A stretch of 64,000 bases of DNA from the NCBI GenBank assembly GCA_011192175.1, contig DUEJ01000002.1:26-64025 (forward strand). Direction: 5' to 3'. This stretch comes from Thermoflexia bacterium. Lineage in GTDB: Bacteria; Chloroflexota; Anaerolineae; B4-G1; SLSP01. Shown piece by piece: positions 1 through 8,235 of the stretch; position 1 is the first letter of the stretch, and every line of letters begins with the position of its first letter. A model generated the notes under the pieces. The model was not told where the DNA came from, made no database searches, and saw only the letters and a program-made list of their open reading frames with translations. The position numbers were made by a program, and so were the translations under genes.

Positions 1-786
1 TTTGAGCAGCACACACTTTTCCCCGCGACCAGTGGCGGTCGCGGCTAGCCCCGAAGCGAAGGCGGTGGTATAGATGAGCTCGTCGCCCTCGTAACAGGTG
101 AGCCGTTGGGCAGTGAGATTAGCCTCTAACCGTTTGTTGCCGATAAAAGGATGGATGGGGGCTATCTCGGCGCGGGGAATGCGGCGCAGATCGCGCGCCA
201 AGACCCACTCGTAGTTGATCTGCCGGGGAGGGTAATCATCCACTATCTTATACCAGCCAGTGCCGGCCTCGTCCGTTACCGCGTCCACCACGTGATAGAC
301 GGTGCCGCCGATTAACCGGTATTTTTTGGCGGCCTGGGGATGGGGCGCGGTGCGCGCGGCGCTATAAAGTTGTGAGAGCTGTCCCCAGAAACCCCACTCG
401 CCCACATTGGGGATGAAGGGTTGCGGCGGGTAGACGCGCACGGGCAACACCCAGGCGGAATGCACGTAACCCAGAGGGGTCTGATACCAGAGGTCGTTGT
501 GTGCGCTGCGCGGAGCATGTACGCGCTTCAGGAGTTGAAAACCCTCATCGCGGTTGCGGGTAGTGAGCCGCTCGGAGGAGGTCGCGGGTTCCGCATAGAA
601 GGTGACGCGGTAGATGGCGCGGCCTATCCAAGTCCAGTTCGCGCTGACAGCATTATCTCCCGGTTGTGGGGGCAGCGATTCGGTGGTGGGATAGCGGGCG
701 CGCGCGTGCAACAGGGGGGAAAACGTGGCAGTCGCGGCACCCGCTACGATCAGTTTTAGCACCTCGCGGCGGGTCAATCTTACCAT
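1..786 (-). CDS. L,D-transpeptidase (YkuD)-like exported protein; C-terminal part lies beyond the window start
   Basis: My own translation of the minus strand from ATG 786-784 stays open to nt 1 (262 codons). It reads MVRLTRREVLKLIVAGAATA (twin-arginine-type signal) ... PFIGNKRLEANLTAQRLTCYEGDELIYTTAFASG (typical entry into a YkuD domain). It is not in the ORF track because it runs off the window. The listed ORFs 312-518(-) and 421-759(+) are other frames of this gene. Confidence 0.55.
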   Translation of the reverse strand, partial: MVRLTRREVLKLIVAGAATATFSPLLHARARYPTTESLPPQPGDNAVSANWTWIGRAIYRVTFYAEPATSSERLTTRNRDEGFQLLKRVHAPRSAHNDLWYQTPLGYVHSAWVLPVRVYPPQPFIPNVGEWGFWGQLSQLYSAARTAPHPQAAKKYRLIGGTVYHVVDAVTDEAGTGWYKIVDDYPPRQINYEWVLARDLRRIPRAEIAPIHPFIGNKRLEANLTAQRLTCYEGDELIYTTAFASGLAATATGRGEKCVLLK

Positions 787-795
787 CCGGTTCCG

Positions 796-1296
796 TTACT
801 CGACTTTGCTGACGGTTACTTTTTGGATGCGGTCGCCCTGGGCGATATTATCAACTACTCCCATCCCCACGATGACTTTGCCAAAAACAGTGTGCCGGCC
901 GTTGAGATGGGGTTGGGGGGCGTGAGTGATGAAGAATTGGCTTCCATTGGTATTTGGTCCCGCGTTCGCCATTGAGATGACGCCGCGTTCGTGGATCAAG
1001 GGGTTGTTACGGGTCTCATCTGAGAAGCGATAGCCGGGGCCGCCGCGGCCACTTCCGGTGGGATCGCCGCCTTGGATCATGAAGTTGCTGATAACGCGGT
1101 GGAAGGTCACGTTGTCGTAGAATCCGGCCTCTGCTAAAAAGACGAAGTTGTTGACGGTGAAGGGAGCGTGCTCAGGATATAGTTCTAGCTTGATCGTCCC
1201 TTTCTTAGTTTCCAGCTCCACGAGGTACGTGGTCTCGGTGTCGATTTGCATTGCGGGGGGTTGTTTCCATTGTTGTTTTGCCGATTGTTTGATCAT
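796..1296 (-). CDS. ppiB: cyclophilin-type peptidyl-prolyl cis-trans isomerase
   Basis: Cyclophilin signatures [25 protein letters not shown] and [16 protein letters not shown]. The true start may be the internal Met (MQIDTE...). Confidence 0.9.
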   Translation of the reverse strand: MIKQSAKQQWKQPPAMQIDTETTYLVELETKKGTIKLELYPEHAPFTVNNFVFLAEAGFYDNVTFHRVISNFMIQGGDPTGSGRGGPGYRFSDETRNNPLIHERGVISMANAGPNTNGSQFFITHAPQPHLNGRHTVFGKVIVGMGVVDNIAQGDRIQKVTVSKVE

Positions 1297-1519
1297 CTGA
1301 GCTCCTTATGTTGGTTGATGTGTAGAGCCAAGTATACTAGAAAATCAGTAGGCGCATAGCATTCTTGTCATTCCGAGCGCACTAATGGACGGCTAGCCTC
1401 CGTAGGAGGTTTCGCTCACTCGCTCCCTCTTAAGTTGTGCTCCGGAGACGGGGCGCATTTTGAGGTATTGAGCATAACACCCCCCCCGCGTAAGTGGACG
1501 ACTGGCTAACAGCTAATCG

Positions 1520-3760
1520 CTACTGTCTTTTGGCTAACTCTGCTAAGAGCTGCGTGATGATTTGCTCCGGGGTGTCCGGTAAATTCTTACTGTACCAAGC
1601 CATGACCGGTTCCAGCGGCATATCTCCGGCAAAACGCATAAACTCCGTGCCGGCTTGAGCAATTACCTGCTGGAGCAGTGGTTGCAAGAGCTGCTCTCCG
1701 CGTGGATCCGCAAGCCACTCGTGGATGGTGCTCTCTCTGGTGAGAATGCAAGGTAGCTGTTGTGTGGATTCTAGCTGGACGGTTGCTTGCAAGCAGATGT
1801 CGGCGGAGGAACGCCCGATCAGGATATCAAAAGCGCCGCTCTCCGTGATCCATTGCTGGTAGGCGGGATCGTAATAGGCGAAGGCGCGCGTATCCAACTC
1901 CAACGTCACGGTCTGGGTTTCCCCTGGGGCGAGGGTGACTTTGGCAAAGCCTTTGAGTTCCTTCTCCGGCCGCACCAGACGGGATTCCTGGTCGTGAACG
2001 TAGAGCTGCACAATTTCCTTCCCCGCCACGTCCCCGGTGTTAGTCACGTCCACGGAGATTTGTAAGCCGTCCGGAGCGTTGAATTTTTCCGCCGAGACAC
2101 GCAGCTGGCTATAAGCGAAGGTGGTATAACTTAGCCCGTGTCCAAAGGGGAAGAGTACCTCCTGCTGGCGCGCGTCGTAGTAGCGGTAGCCGATAAATAG
2201 CCCCTCGCCGTAGCGCACCACGCCGTTTTCGCCAGGGAAGTTGAGATAGGCGGGGGTGTCCGCCAGCCGGAGCGGGAAGGTCTCGGCTAGCTTGCCGGAG
2301 GGGTTTACCCGTCCGAAGAGCACGTCGGCGATGGCCCCGCCGCCGGCTTGCCCCATCATCCAGGCTTCCAACACTGCCGGCACCAGGTCGATCCATTCCA
2401 GCATCTCTATCGCTGAGCCGTTGTTCAGAATCACCACGGTCTGCGGTTGCACGGCGGCTACGGCTTGGATCAACGCTTCTTGCTGCGCGGTGAGTCGCAT
2501 ATTCTGGCGGTCGTAGCCCTCCGATTCTATGTAGGAGGGCAGCGCGATGTAGAGCAAGGCCACCTCGGCCTCTTGCGCACAACTTACCGCCTCGTCAATC
2601 AAGGCTTGGTCGCGGCCCGGTTCCGCCTGGTATCCCGGTGCGAAGAGTAGCTCCACCTCTCCGGCCAGCGCCGCGATTTCGTCATAGGGGCTATCCACCC
2701 GTGTGGGGTGGATGTGGGAGCTCCCGCCGCCCTGGAAGTGCGCTTCCCGCGCCGCGCTCCCGATGAGGGCTAATTTCTGTCCTGCCTGAAGGGGGAGCAG
2801 CCCGCCTTCGTTCTTGAGCAATACCAGACTCTCGCCCGCGATTTTCCGCGCCAGTTGGTGATGGGCTGCTACATCGAAGCCCTGCGCATCTTTCGGCGTC
2901 TCCACGGCCTGGAAAATTACGTGCAACAGCCGTTTGACTGCTTCATCTAATACCTGTTCGTCCAATTCCCCGGCCTGGGCCGCCTTTATCACGCGCTGCA
3001 CGCGCTCCGGGCGCGGACCGGGCATCTCCAAGTCCAGCCCGCCGGCCAGCGCGGCCACGCGATCATGCACCGCGCCCCAATCGGAGACGACGAAGCCCTC
3101 GAAGCCCCACTCCTCTTTGAGAATCGAGTTCAACAGGCGCGCGTGCTCCGAGCAGTAATCGCCGTTGACGCGATTATAAGCGCACATCACTGTCCAGGGC
3201 TGGGCCTGCTTGACCGCGCGCTCAAAGCCGGCCAGATAAATCTCGCGCAGCGCGCGCTCATCTATCTGCGCATCAATCACAAAGCGCTGAAACTCCTGGT
3301 TGTTGGCGGCGAAGTGCTTTAGCGAAGTGCCTACGCCCAAACTCTGCACGGCTTGGATGTAACTGGCGGCCAACTCCCCGCTCAAAAATGGATCCTCGGA
3401 GAAGTACTCAAAGTTCCGTCCGCAGAGCGGCGAGCGCTTCATATTGTTGCCTGGCCCCAACAGAATATCCACATCCAAAGCCAGACACTCCTCGGCCAGC
3501 GCGTGCCCTAGCTGTTGGAGCAATTCTACATCCCAGCTGGCGGCCAACGCGGAAGCGGTCGGGAAGCAGGTCGCGGGGTGACTCTCGTTGCTCATCATCT
3601 CCGTCACCCGCCGCACCCCGTGCGGCCCATCAGAAACCGTGATGGCGGGAATTCCCAACCGCTCCACCGCCACCGTCTGCCAGGCGTTCGCCCCGGTGCA
3701 GAGCGTGGCTTTCTCCGTCAACGTCAATTGCGTTACCAGTTGCTCGATATCTCTCTTCAT
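1520..3760 (-). CDS. bglX: glycoside hydrolase family 3 beta-glucosidase
   Basis: 746 aa. GH3 motifs are present (LKHFAANNQE, GFVVSDWGAV catalytic-Asp region), with a C-terminal fibronectin-III-like domain typical of BglX. Confidence 0.9.
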   Translation of the reverse strand: MKRDIEQLVTQLTLTEKATLCTGANAWQTVAVERLGIPAITVSDGPHGVRRVTEMMSNESHPATCFPTASALAASWDVELLQQLGHALAEECLALDVDILLGPGNNMKRSPLCGRNFEYFSEDPFLSGELAASYIQAVQSLGVGTSLKHFAANNQEFQRFVIDAQIDERALREIYLAGFERAVKQAQPWTVMCAYNRVNGDYCSEHARLLNSILKEEWGFEGFVVSDWGAVHDRVAALAGGLDLEMPGPRPERVQRVIKAAQAGELDEQVLDEAVKRLLHVIFQAVETPKDAQGFDVAAHHQLARKIAGESLVLLKNEGGLLPLQAGQKLALIGSAAREAHFQGGGSSHIHPTRVDSPYDEIAALAGEVELLFAPGYQAEPGRDQALIDEAVSCAQEAEVALLYIALPSYIESEGYDRQNMRLTAQQEALIQAVAAVQPQTVVILNNGSAIEMLEWIDLVPAVLEAWMMGQAGGGAIADVLFGRVNPSGKLAETFPLRLADTPAYLNFPGENGVVRYGEGLFIGYRYYDARQQEVLFPFGHGLSYTTFAYSQLRVSAEKFNAPDGLQISVDVTNTGDVAGKEIVQLYVHDQESRLVRPEKELKGFAKVTLAPGETQTVTLELDTRAFAYYDPAYQQWITESGAFDILIGRSSADICLQATVQLESTQQLPCILTRESTIHEWLADPRGEQLLQPLLQQVIAQAGTEFMRFAGDMPLEPVMAWYSKNLPDTPEQIITQLLAELAKRQ

Positions 3761-3780
3761 TTGCTAAGTTCTCCTCTGAA

Positions 3781-3815
3781 AATAAGTCTAAAGTCGCAAG
3801 TTAAAAGTCTTAAGT
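3781..3815. repeat. 7-nt periodic degenerate array (NNNAAGT)x5
   Basis: Reads aataagt ctaaagt cgcaagt taaaagt cttaagt, immediately upstream of the bglX start. Confidence 0.7.
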
Positions 3816-4010
3816 CCGCTTCAAAACCCAGGTGGTTGCGTGGGGGTAGCATTTCCGTGGTTTTGTGTACATCAGAAGGGGGACTTTTTACTGTTCGGCG
3901 GTTAATTTGTGGGGAAAAGTGGACGTGCTCTCTTTACAGAATCCCCCTTACACCCCCCGGAACTTTATCATCCAACTGGGGTTTGGCAAGTTGCCCGGCT
4001 GGCGGCATTG

Positions 4011-4283
4011 GCGGGGATTGTAATCCCCGCGCAGCAGAAACTCGCCTGGCGACTGAAGTCGCGGCTACCGTTGCCAAGTCCACCTACGCGGACTAGTCGC
4101 CGTAGGGCGACTTCGTACCCGTAGGCGCGGTTTTAACCGCCAGCCACGGCTAAGCTCTCGCTCTTTCGCTCTCTCGCTTGCCTGGCGACTGAAGTCGCGG
4201 TTACTATTGCGAAGTCCACCTGCGTGGACTAACGCTCGTGGCTGAAGACCACGGGCTATGGAGCTACGCCCCGTAAACGGGGC
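4011..4283. repeat. cluster of GC-rich mini-hairpins (REP/BIME-like) containing a 52-nt direct repeat (4044-4095 / 4180-4231)
   Basis: Stem-loops read by eye: gcggggat-tgta-atccccgc, gcgac-tgaa-gtcgc (twice), gtccac-ctgc-gtggac, gtcgcc-gtag-ggcgac, cgtgg-ctgaaga-ccacg, gccccg-taaa-cggggc. The two 52-nt copies differ at a few positions. Confidence 0.75.
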
Positions 4284-4330
4284 TGGCCCTCGCTTTATCG
4301 CCCGCCCGCTCTTTCGCTCTCCCGCTTGTC

Positions 4331-4359
4331 TTGACAAATTAGGACTCGTACTATATAAT
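4331..4359 (+). promoter_or_regulatory. sigma-70-type promoter, TTGACA-17 nt-TATAAT
   Basis: Perfect consensus hexamers with a 17-nt spacer, 49 nt upstream of the 4408 start codon. Confidence 0.6.
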
Positions 4360-4372
4360 TAGGCGTGCCTAA
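4359..4372. promoter_or_regulatory. palindrome TTAGGC-GT-GCCTAA, putative DtxR/IdeR-type operator
   Basis: Perfect 6+2+6 inverted repeat overlapping the -10/+1 region. Its arms share the TTAGG/CCTAA arms of the known DtxR/IdeR box. A further AATTAGG lies in the promoter spacer. Confidence 0.45.
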
Positions 4373-4407
4373 AGAATAAGTACGCATAGTTTTAGGGGTG
4401 CTATATA

Positions 4408-5382
4408 ATGTCCGCAGCGTCAATGGTTTCACTCAGCGAAAGTATGCAAATGTATTTGGTCACCATCGCCCGCTTGCGGGAGGGGGCGCAGCCCGTGCCG
4501 CTCTCGCAACTGGCGGATACTCTCACTATTTCCTCAGTTTCGGTCAATGAGATGTGTCGCAAATTGCAGGATCACGGGTTGGTGGTTTACCGGCCATACA
4601 AAGGAGCATCGCTCACGGCGGAAGGGGAGCGGCGAGCTTATTACATCCTCCGCCGCCACCGGCTCTGGGAGGTCTTCCTGGTGGAGAAGCTGGGCTTCGA
4701 TTACGACCAGTCCCACGAGACCGCCTGCCAGTTGGAACATGTCACCTCTCCGCTGCTCGCTGATCGGCTGGACGCTTTTTTGGCATACCCGGCGGTCAAC
4801 CCCAGCGGGGAACCGATCCCCAGGATTGACGGCAGCCTGGCAGAACGGGTATTGCTCTCGCTGACAAAACTCTCGGCGGGACAGGGTGGTCACGTGGCTC
4901 GTTGCGATGTGAACGTGGCGGCGCGCGCTTTCTTGGCCGAACGGGGGCTGCGGCCGGGAGCACGCTTTACGGTGCTGGCAACGGCGGAGGAGAGCTTGTT
5001 GGTGCGAGTTGGAGGGGCGCATATCTCGCTGGCGCGGTCGCTAGGTGAAAATATAAAGGTGGAGTTAGCTGAGAAGAGTAAACTTGCCGCGGATGAGCTA
5101 CAACCATCAATTTTAGAGGAGGAAGTAGAAATGGTAGAGACAAAAAGTAGGCAGATACCGTTGCACAAGTTAAAGGTCGGGCAGCGCGGCGTCATCGTGC
5201 ATGTGGGTGGCCGGGGGCCAGTCAAACGGCGTATGTTGGATATGGGGCTGGTGACTGGCAGCGAAGTGAAAGTGGTGCGCGTAGCTCCCCTGGGCGACCC
5301 CGTTGAATTCACCGTCAAGGGATATAGCCTCTCGCTGCGTAAGTCCGAGGCCAGCAACATCAAGGTCGAGATATCTGCGTGA
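4408..5382 (+). CDS. DtxR/MntR-family metal-dependent regulator with two tandem C-terminal FeoA/SH3-like domains
   Basis: N-terminal HTH plus dimerisation region (MQMYLVTIARL..., RRHRLWEVFLVEKLG). Two FeoA-like segments follow: LTKLSAGQGGHVARC...IKVE and LHKLKVGQRGVIVHVGG...RRMLDMGLVTGSEVKVV...IKVE. Confidence 0.85.
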   Translation: MSAASMVSLSESMQMYLVTIARLREGAQPVPLSQLADTLTISSVSVNEMCRKLQDHGLVVYRPYKGASLTAEGERRAYYILRRHRLWEVFLVEKLGFDYDQSHETACQLEHVTSPLLADRLDAFLAYPAVNPSGEPIPRIDGSLAERVLLSLTKLSAGQGGHVARCDVNVAARAFLAERGLRPGARFTVLATAEESLLVRVGGAHISLARSLGENIKVELAEKSKLAADELQPSILEEEVEMVETKSRQIPLHKLKVGQRGVIVHVGGRGPVKRRMLDMGLVTGSEVKVVRVAPLGDPVEFTVKGYSLSLRKSEASNIKVEISA

Positions 5383-5393
5383 AAGGAGCAGCA

Positions 5394-5552
5394 ATGATGA
5401 CATTAGCAATGGCCTCTCCCGGAGAAGATGTGCGCTTGACCGCCATCCGTGGCGGACAGCGGATGCGCAGCGGTGTCTTTGGTCAGCTGGCGCTAGCCTG
5501 GCTGATGGCGTTCGTCATCTTTCAGGGAGGCAGGTTGCTGGGATTGGGATAG
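5394..5552 (+). CDS. 52-aa FeoA-like N-terminal fragment with hydrophobic tail (possible remnant)
   Basis: AAGGAG RBS upstream. Translation is MMTLAMASPGEDVRLTAIRGGQRMR... (FeoA-like start), then GVFGQLALAWLMAFVIF (TM-like). It is too short for the ORF track, and the FeoA second half is missing. Confidence 0.25.
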   Translation: MMTLAMASPGEDVRLTAIRGGQRMRSGVFGQLALAWLMAFVIFQGGRLLGLG

Positions 5553-5569
5553 CAGTAGGAATATATGCC

Positions 5570-5611
5570 AGTTAAGCGGGGCCAGCTTGTCTGAGGCCCC
5601 GCTTAACTTTG
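5570..5611 (+). terminator. intrinsic terminator hairpin
   Basis: agttaagcggggcc / ggccccgcttaact forms a 14-bp stem with an 11-nt loop, followed by TTT. Confidence 0.6.
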
Positions 5612-5633
5612 TGCTTGAGGAGGATAAAACAAT

Positions 5634-5927
5634 ATGCTACAATGTATCTTGAATGAATTTGAATCGGCCGCCGGCGGCATCAGCATCAATGAACTCGGCC
5701 AGAAGCTGGGCGTTGAGCGGAGCGCGCTGGAGGGGATGATTGGCTATCTGGTGCGCAAAGGCATTCTGCGTGACGAGGCCGCAGCCGCTATGGAATGTAG
5801 ACCGGAGGGGAGTGCTTGTGCGAGTTGCGCAAAACATTGTCCCTTCGCAGCAGTGAAGCTGCCGCGTTCGTACACGTTGGCGCCAATTGGAGGAAGAAAT
5901 GAAAGCAGTCATCAAAAGAGAATTTGA
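5634..5927 (+). CDS. FeoC-like winged-helix protein with C-terminal Cys cluster
   Basis: GAGGAGG RBS upstream. ISINELGQKLGVERSALEGMIGYLVRKGIL (wHTH) is followed by C..x..CASCAKHC, the layout of FeoC. The 3' end overlaps the next ORF, so the true stop region and overlap are uncertain. Confidence 0.5.
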   Translation: MLQCILNEFESAAGGISINELGQKLGVERSALEGMIGYLVRKGILRDEAAAAMECRPEGSACASCAKHCPFAAVKLPRSYTLAPIGGRNESSHQKRI

Positions 5928-6141
5928 GGTCATGTTCGCCAAAGATACACAGCCTCTCTGGTTTAGGATCACCAAGTGGACTCTGTACATTGGTCTCATT
6001 TTTATACTGCATGGAGGTCCATGGTTTTGGATCTGGGTGCTCGGAGTACCGCTTGCCGGTCTGGTGATGCATTTCGTGATCAGATGGAAGACCAAAGGTT
6101 GGACGAGGTCTTGGGGAGGTTGGGAATACGATGGAAGGTAG
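5899..6141 (+). CDS. small two-TM membrane protein, unknown function
   Basis: GGAGG RBS precedes ATG 5899 (MKAVIKREF...). Two hydrophobic helices are present (WTLYIGLIFILHGGPWFWIWVLGVPLAGLVMHFVI). Confidence 0.4.
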   Translation: MKAVIKREFEVMFAKDTQPLWFRITKWTLYIGLIFILHGGPWFWIWVLGVPLAGLVMHFVIRWKTKGWTRSWGGWEYDGR

Positions 6142-6170
6142 AAGTTGCAGGTTAAAGGTTGCAACTTTGT
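6142..6170 (+). terminator. hairpin aagttgca / tgcaactt directly after the stop codon
   Basis: 8-bp perfect stem with a 10-nt loop, then a short T-rich tail. It abuts the left end of the IS. Confidence 0.4.
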
Positions 6171-7540
6171 TAGTGTCACGAAGTATTCGCCACTAGAAAA
6201 CGGTCATGTTTGGCGTGGTCAAAATTGACGACCACTAAAAATAAAGTCAAACAACTGGTTTCATTGGGAAAAGCCCCAATTTCGTCCGCCTTAGTGCGGA
6301 ATACGCGGAAGAAACGTTCCAGCAAATTGGTGGTTCTAATCGCTGGATATAGTTTTTTATCAAAATTATAGAAAGTGAAGGTGCGTTGCAAGCCCCACTG
6401 AAAGGCATGGAGGGCCTGGGGTTCAACGGATTGCCAGCGCTTGACAAACTCCTGTAATTGGACTGGGGCTGCCGCTAAAGAGGGCGCCTCATAAATAGCA
6501 TAAGCCTCCTTTTTTAGTTGACGCCAGCGTTGTTGCCTAGCTTGCTTTGCCGTCAGCCGCTGGCCGGTGGCATCAGTCTCCGGTAAATCCTGGTAGGCCA
6601 GATAGCGGCGCATCCCCCGCACTTTATGCGTGATACACCGCTGCTGCTGGGCCTGCGGGAGGTGCTCTGCCATGGCGGCTAACAATCCGGGAGTACCATC
6701 ACTAACCACTAACTGGACGGCTGACGGATTCAAACCGCGCTCAAGGAGCTGGCCTAGTAGCGTTTTCCAAGCCGCTTCATCTTCATTTTCAGCGATTTCA
6801 TAGTGCAGGATGTAGTGAGAGCCATCCGCCCGCACCGCCATTACCGCGAGCAGCACGCGGTCTTGGGCCTGCCGTTGCTGTCTTTTATGCCCGGCTTGAT
6901 CTATCATGAACTCGTCCAAGGTGTATTGCACCTTGACCCATACTCCATCCACAATTAAGACCTGGGGAGTGGAGGTTATTGGGCATAATCGTTCGGCGTC
7001 TAAGCGTTTTTGGACTTTCAGAGTTACTCGGTTTATGGCGGTAGTGGACAAAACGGTGCCTAGTAGAAAATAGAGGGCCATTTGTAAATCGCGCAGGGAT
7101 AACCCCATCACATACAAATAACTAGCATAAGCCAACAGTCCAACTACGTTTTTTTCATGTCGCTCTAGAATTTGCCAGACCCGTTCTTTGTTGCCTGAAC
7201 GCAGTTTGGGAACCCGCAGGTCCACAATCTGCCCATATTGAGTGTTCACTATCCGCGAATAGTAACCCGACCGCCGCGGAGACGTCGGCAGCTGGGCTCT
7301 GGCGGCCAACAATTCTTCTATCAAAGCCAGCTCTAAGGTCTGGCGCACGGTGGAAATCACCTGGGCTCTGATTTTCTGGGCCAGGGTGGCACTCATTTGG
7401 GGATGAAAACTGGCTGCTTGTATGCGTAATATTTGGGCTTCACGTTTTGCTATTTGCATGAGGAACCTCCTGTATAGGCTGCGGTGGGTTCCTCATTATC
7501 TCACCTTTTTATAGCGGTGGCGAATACTTTAAGACACTAA
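6170..7540 (-). mobile_element. IS256-family insertion sequence (about 1.37 kb)
   Basis: Terminal inverted repeats are ttagtgtcacgaagtattcgccac (6170-6193) and gtggcgaatactttaagacactaa (7517-7540), matching at 20/24 positions. They enclose a single transposase ORF. I found no clear target-site duplication. Confidence 0.8.
6176..7459 (-). CDS. IS256-family (Mutator-type) transposase
   Basis: 427 aa. Matches the IS256 pattern RRSGYYSR...G.I.DLRVPKLRSG...ILERH...GLSLRD...LIVDGVWVKV...VVSDGTPGL...QRCITHKVR. Confidence 0.85.
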   Translation of the reverse strand: MQIAKREAQILRIQAASFHPQMSATLAQKIRAQVISTVRQTLELALIEELLAARAQLPTSPRRSGYYSRIVNTQYGQIVDLRVPKLRSGNKERVWQILERHEKNVVGLLAYASYLYVMGLSLRDLQMALYFLLGTVLSTTAINRVTLKVQKRLDAERLCPITSTPQVLIVDGVWVKVQYTLDEFMIDQAGHKRQQRQAQDRVLLAVMAVRADGSHYILHYEIAENEDEAAWKTLLGQLLERGLNPSAVQLVVSDGTPGLLAAMAEHLPQAQQQRCITHKVRGMRRYLAYQDLPETDATGQRLTAKQARQQRWRQLKKEAYAIYEAPSLAAAPVQLQEFVKRWQSVEPQALHAFQWGLQRTFTFYNFDKKLYPAIRTTNLLERFFRVFRTKADEIGAFPNETSCLTLFLVVVNFDHAKHDRFLVANTS

Positions 7541-7962
7541 CTAATTTTCATCTTGTTCCTCCTGTTCTTGTTAGTTACCTATTTTGTTATACTAGCCACG
7601 TCTAGGAACTTATGTGGTATGCCTCCGTTGCCTTTTCCTCTATCGGTTCTTCATCTTCCCCTCTTGTCGAATTCGGTTTACCTCCTTCCAATCTCCCTCA
7701 ACGATAAACTCCTCCTATTGGAGCGCAGTGCAGCCGGGGCGAAGCCCCGGGGTCGGCTTCATTGAGCAATTAGGCGGAGGCGCCGGGCGCGCGGCTGCGG
7801 CGTGAACACCTCTGCCAGGAAGCTCTCTGCAAGCGCGTTTTCCCGTAACCGCCTGCGGCGCAGACGCATTGAGTTGACGCTCATTGCTCCGGAGCGCCCC
7901 GTTCGCTTACATGTAGTATGTGACAAGACACGCTAGAAGTCAAGGGAAACGAGGGGAGGATT

Positions 7963-8010
7963 GAGCGAATGAGCGAGAAGGCGAGAAAGCGCGGAGGCGA
8001 GGAAGCGAGG
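7963..8010. repeat. 8-nt periodic array (GAGCGAGA-type) x6
   Basis: Reads gagcgaat gagcgaga aggcgaga aagcgcgg aggcgagg aagcgagg. Confidence 0.8.
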
Positions 8011-8124
8011 GGTGGCGTGGTCGGGAGACCGGTACAAGCTCCCTCAGTTTGGGGATACACTAAAACCAGAGTGCGCACGGCTAGAGGTTTCCCCCTATCC
8101 GTGCGCACTTTGGTGCATTGTAAG

Positions 8125-8199
8125 TCGGGGCGCGCGGATTCGAACCGCGGACCTCACGGACCCAAACCGTGCGCGCTAACCAAGCTGCGCTACGCCCCG
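8125..8199 (-). tRNA. tRNA-Pro (anticodon UGG)
   Basis: The reverse complement folds as a cloverleaf. Acceptor stem is CGGGGCG/CGCCCCG. Anticodon stem is CACGG/CCGTG with loop TTTGGGT (TGG). T-arm is CGCGG-TTCGAAT-CCGCG. Length is 75 nt and CCA is not encoded. Confidence 0.9.
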
Positions 8200-8235
8200 T
8201 CAACTTTAGTAATGGTACCCGCTTTTGGGTTTACG

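Noticed and set aside
312-759. Track ORFs 312-518(-) and 421-759(+)
   Set aside because: Both lie inside, and out of frame with, a longer minus-strand reading frame (1-786). That frame has a twin-arginine signal and YkuD-like sequence. Their own translations are Arg/Pro/Gly-rich low-complexity, typical of off-frame high-GC DNA.
3515-4096. 193-aa plus-strand ORF spanning the bglX start and the mini-hairpin region
   Set aside because: The first half is antisense to bglX and the second half runs through repeat/hairpin DNA. It has no RBS and its translation is low-complexity.
5394-7540. Idea that the IS256 element deleted feoB
   Set aside because: The small membrane-protein gene and its terminator lie intact between the Feo-like genes and the IS, and nothing in the sequence shows a deletion junction. 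This can only be tested by comparison with relatives.
7553-7805. 70-aa and 63-aa ORFs in the IS/tRNA spacer
   Set aside because: No RBS. Leu/Pro/Ser-rich translations derive from a C/T-rich tract. They overlap each other in different frames.
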